This document shows positions 59,905 through 64,000 of a DNA stretch of 64,000 bases, in pieces (position 1 is the stretch's first letter; each line of letters starts with the position of its first letter). Origin of the DNA: Felis catus. Taxonomy: Eukaryota. The DNA is taken from the NCBI RefSeq assembly GCF_018350175.1, contig NC_058368.1, positions 171,804,001 through 171,868,000 of the forward strand. The letters run 5' to 3'. The notes below the pieces were generated by a model that was not told the origin of the DNA, did not search any database, and saw only the letters and a program-made list of their open reading frames with translations. Made by a program: the position numbers and the translations under genes.

Positions 59905-60213
59905 ATCCTATTTTTAATGACACAAATCATTTTTATGTGGAATGTTCCCCAGTTCTGCAACTTGACTTCTCACCTACATTGCTTGCTATATTTCTCTTAA
60001 ATGTACTATTGTAAGCTTAACTCAAACCAGTGGGAGTCAAATGGAATTTGATTTTCATGTACCTATCCTCACCTAGTGTGTTTACGTGTGCATGTGTGTA
60101 TATGTATTTCTCTTCCTTCTAATTTCTCTCTTCTAAACACCTTTCTCCCAGCAACCCACTCTAACCTTGGTTCTTCTCCCACTTTCAGCATCTGTCATAT
60201 CTTAAATATATCT

Positions 60214-60632
60214 TGTATTAGTTTGGCCTCAGGTTACATAATACCCGACCAATAGTAAACAGTATTTCACATAAAAAGCCCAGAGTGGGAGGATTCCTGG
60301 TTAGTCACTGTAGCTGTACAGTGATGTTATATCCAGGATCCAGGTAATTTTCATTTTTATCCTTAGCGTGCTCATCTTTGTGCTCATTGTGCCCTTGTCC
60401 TCTCATTGTTGTACATTGCTCTTGCTGCTCCACACATCACATTCTCACACAGCCACCAAAGATAGGAGGAAGTTTGTCCTCTCTTGATTAGGCAAGTAAA
60501 CCTTTCACAGAAACCCTATGTCAGATGTCATCTTGGCACGTTTAGACCCTACTTGCAAGGGGGCTGGAAAATACATTGTCTGGCATTTCAGTCTAAGAGG
60601 AAGTTAGGAAGGTAACCAACAAGATTGGTGAC
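60214..60632 (-). mobile_element. Old MaLR LTR (MLT1H/I/J-like)
   Basis: tgtattagtt...caggatccaggt...gctgctccacacatcacattctcacac...cttgcaagggggctggaaaat. Confidence 0.55.
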
Positions 60633-60889
60633 ATATCTTGATAGTATTTTATGGAGAAGTAAGTTTAAATAAATAAGAATTTTCCGATAGTAGGAGGAAA
60701 CTTATAGCACTGCAAGGGTTGATATAAGCTATATGTAGGATAGTCATAAATAACTGATTAAAATCTGATTATGTAAAATTAAGGTATTTGAGTGGTATAT
60801 CCCAGTTATTCTAAGGTTGATGTTAAGTACATTTATGCATAGATGGTGGAACCACTGTGAGAAATGGGTACATATAGAACTCTTAGGAA

Positions 60890-61085
60890 ATAGGTTTGTA
60901 TTTCCCCTTGGGGGTGGGAAGCATTTGGAAATACATGGGGACATTTTTGGTTGTCACAATGATTTTGAACTCCTACTGACAATTAGTGGATACAGATCAG
61001 ATATACTAGAAGTCCTGTGATGTTGCCCACAAAACAGGATTCATCCCTTCATATATGCCAATAGTGGCCTTATACCTTGAAATAT
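60890..61085. mobile_element. MER20-like fragment
   Basis: gggacatttttggttgtcacaatg...ctactgacaattagtgg...atgccaatagtg. Confidence 0.6.
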
Positions 61086-62064
61086 ACTTTGCTTTTTGAA
61101 AGAATTGGTAAACATTCATCTGTATTCTTATATTGCAAGTGACAGAAAATCACATTCAAACTGCTTAAACAATAAAGGGAATGATTAGATCTTGTAATTA
61201 AACTTTATCTAAGGCTTTATCCTGCCTGAAACCATCAAGGACTTGGCTCAGTTTCTCTGTGATTTGTTCCGCTCTGTCATTCCTCTTGTTTTCGTTTCAT
61301 TCTCAGGCTAGCACATGGCAGCACATTACTGGAGCACTGTCAGACTTAAAACCCTCATTTCACATATAAAGTAAATTGGAGAATACTTTTTGCAAGTATT
61401 TGTTGAGTATCATCACTACTAAAACCTTCCCTAAACAACCCCCCAAAGTTGATTATTTCCCCTGTTGTGCTGTAATTTTTTAATCTATATTTGTATCTCT
61501 ATTGTATGTCATATTCTGTAAGTATTGTTTTTCTATGTCTCATGCATTACCTCGTGTTAATTGTTTTTGTATTCTTAATGTCTAGAATATTCTGACTTAG
61601 AGGTATACAATAACTGTTTATGGAAAGAATCAGTGAATGACATAGGAAGGAAGGATGTGGGAAGAGACAGAGAATTATAAGAAGGCCCCATCCCTTAGTT
61701 GTTATTGAATCTGGAATTACGTGCATTGTACTCCTTCTACCACCAAAGCAGGTATATAATGCTCTTGTGATTAATAGTGTGTAAAATCATTTGAAAGCCT
61801 TACTAAATTCTAGTAGTGTTTTTTCATTATTTTCTCAACAAAACTAAAAGCAGTAACTATCATTCATCCATAAATATTTTGGAAAGTCTGCTATGTGCAT
61901 GTAATGTAGTAACAATGGTGAACAAAACCTAACCTGTGTTCTCTCTGAGTGTGAATGTTAGGGATGCAGTTAATAAACATTATCCACGTGAACACACAGA
62001 CACATGAGGTAGTTAATAGGCTTTGACATAAATAAAGAAGTTTCAGTGGATAATAGAGTAACAG

Positions 62065-62299
62065 GGGGCGCCTGGGTATCTCAGTCAGTTAAGTGTCCGA
62101 CTTTAGCTTAGTTCGTGATCTCATGGTTCTTGGGTTCCAGCCCTGCCTCAGGCTCTGTGCTGACAGCTCAGAGCCGGGGGCCTGCTTCAGATTCTGTGTC
62201 TCCCTCTCTCTCTGAGCGTCCCCCGCGCTCACTGTCACGTGTGCGCTCGCTCGCTCTCTCTCTCTCTCAAAAATAAATAAACATTAAAAAATTTTTTAA
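62065..62299 (+). mobile_element. Can-SINE
   Basis: TSD AGAGTAACAG. Confidence 0.95.
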
Positions 62300-62830
62300 A
62301 GAGTAACAGGATGCTACCTTAGATAGGTTGGTGAGAGAAGGGCTTTTTGAGAAGCCCTTTGAGCTAAGAGACCTGAAGGAAGTGATGGAGTAAGCCTTGG
62401 AGCTAACTGAGGGAAAATGTTTAGAGGGAGCAGCAAGCACCTTCTGAATGGAAATGTGTTTGGCATATTGGAAGAACAACATTCCAGCAGTGTGGCTGGA
62501 ATAGAGCCAGTGAAGGGGAGAGTGGTAGGACAGGCAGAGGCTAGATCAGGTAGGGCATTGAAGGTCTTGGAAAGACTGGATTTTACTCTGGGTGAAATGG
62601 TAATCATTGAAGGGTTTAAGCATGGGAATATCCAGATTTGACTTGTTATTTTGGAGGATTACTCTGACTACATGGTGAAAATTGATTGTATGAGGCAAAA
62701 TGGAAGCAGGAAAACCAGTTAGGAAAATAATTTAGGTTGGAAATACGCTGCTTGGAGAAGCAGCCCCTTTAATGGTAGAGGAGCAAAGAAACGTTCAGAT
62801 TTGTGATACACTTAGAAAGCGGAGTAATTA

Positions 62831-63025
62831 GGGGGGCTGGGTGGTTCATTTAGTTGGTGTCTGACTCTAGATTTCAGCTCAAGTCGTGATCCTAGTGTCA
62901 TGGTTTCAAGCCCCATGTCAGGTTCCGTGCTGAGCATGGAGCCTGTTTGGAATTCTCTCACCCCCCTCTGCCCCTCTCCCCTGCTTACACATGTGCGTAC
63001 TCTCTCTCAAATAAAATGTTTTTTA
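62831..63025 (+). mobile_element. Can-SINE (older)
   Basis: Diverged TSD aaagcggagtaatta / aaagtagagtattta. Confidence 0.9.
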
Positions 63026-64000
63026 AAAGTAGAGTATTTAGGATTTACTGATGGATTAGATGTGGAGTATGAGGGAAAGAGAAGTAAAGGACGACTCCCA
63101 AGTTTTTCAACATGACCAACTGGGGAAAGGTGGCACATTTTACTGAGATGGGGGCTATGGGGCAGGGGTAGGGGTAGGTTTGGAGATGTAAATCAATTTT
63201 GTTTTGAATGTGGCTATGTTTGAGATACCTATCAGATAGTATTCAAGTGGATACATTGAATAGGCATGTATATGAGGAGTTTAAGGAAGAGGTAGAAATT
63301 ATCAGTGTATAGGTGGTATTTAGGGCCCTGGCACCAGGTATCACCTAAGGAGTGAGAATGAGATTTATGAAACCTTTTAATACTAAAAATGTTTCTTGTA
63401 TCAAAGATTGGGAGCCACTGTGTTGAATAGTAATAGTTACAACATTCAGAGTCTGGAAAGGATAATGAGGAAATTCTCTGAGAAAGAGGCAGGACTTGAC
63501 CTGGACTTCAAAGAATGGATAGGGTAGAAAAGGCTTTTTCCTTCTCTCATGCCAAGTACAGTACTTGTAGTACTGTAGTAGCATGTAGTGAGCATTCTAT
63601 AGATGCTGGTGAATGAACAAAAAGCACTTAGGCTCAGGAGCAGCTGGAGCAGAGGTTTGGTAGCAAGGAAGCCTAAAGTGTTTTAAAAGAAATTCAGAGA
63701 ACTAGAGAAGGAAAGTTTGTTCTGGGAAAGAGTGAAAAGTAAGATTGGGTAGTTCAAAGCTTAAATTGTAAAATGACAGTTATATTTAACCCTAACAGAT
63801 TTCAAGTCTGTTTCTGTTGTTTGTGCAGTGCCTTTAGTGTCTGGCCTCTAATAGATGCTCAGTAAATATTGAAAAAGTGAATATGGAATTCCCAAATGAA
63901 AGATTTATATCTACTGTGTTCTTTTCTTCTCGTTAAAGTACGCTGGAATGCAAACTATGTTAAGTGATACAGGGTTAACCTTACGTTTGCTTCAATTTAT

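Larger units (their letters stand above)
61860..63345 (-). mobile_element. L2 (long fragment) interrupted by two SINEs
   Basis: tttgagctaagagacctgaagga; ggattttactctgggtgaaatgg; ggatttactgatggattagatgtgg; tttactgagatggggg. Confidence 0.85.
56117..64000 (+). other. APC: APC intron downstream of exon 1B (partial)
   Basis: Begins GTGAGT, repeat-rich, no recognisable APC exon before the window end. Confidence 0.8.

Noticed and set aside
63790..63830. Branch-point and acceptor-like sequence in the APC intron (also near 57589)
   Set aside because: No matching donor or known APC exon sequence; such pseudo-sites are common.
1..64000. CRISPR array, prokaryotic operon or defence system, horizontally acquired gene
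   Set aside because: No repeat-spacer periodicity or dense coding; the whole window is consistent with carnivore nuclear DNA.

Overview
Mammalian genomic DNA from a felid, probably domestic cat or a close relative: it carries about 37 tRNA-derived Can-SINEs, including four near-identical young feline copies. About 55.5 kb of repeat-rich intergenic sequence (Can-SINE, L1, L2, MIR, MaLR/ERVL/ERV1-type LTRs, hAT MERs, microsatellites) leads up to a CpG island at ~55.6-56.4 kb. I recognise this island as APC promoter/exon 1B on the + strand. It has the YY1 motif CAAGATGGCGG and the coding exon MYACLGSGPVAVLPASAPPSTLGSWS...NVWQ ending at CAG|GTGAGT. The last ~7.9 kb is APC intron. I can support no other protein-coding gene, RNA gene or CRISPR-like array; almost all track ORFs are repeat-derived or chance. 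I found no demonstrably new biological system. The best leads are: short uORFs in the APC 1B leader (one starting inside the YY1 motif), an LTR directly upstream of the promoter, a twin-primed 5'-inverted L1, a dense palindrome/template-switch scar at 49.46-49.56 kb, repeated reuse of SINE target sites, and a TCF/AP-1 motif cluster. Repeat subfamily names and human comparisons are from memory and need RepeatMasker/BLAST confirmation. Boundaries of old repeats are approximate.
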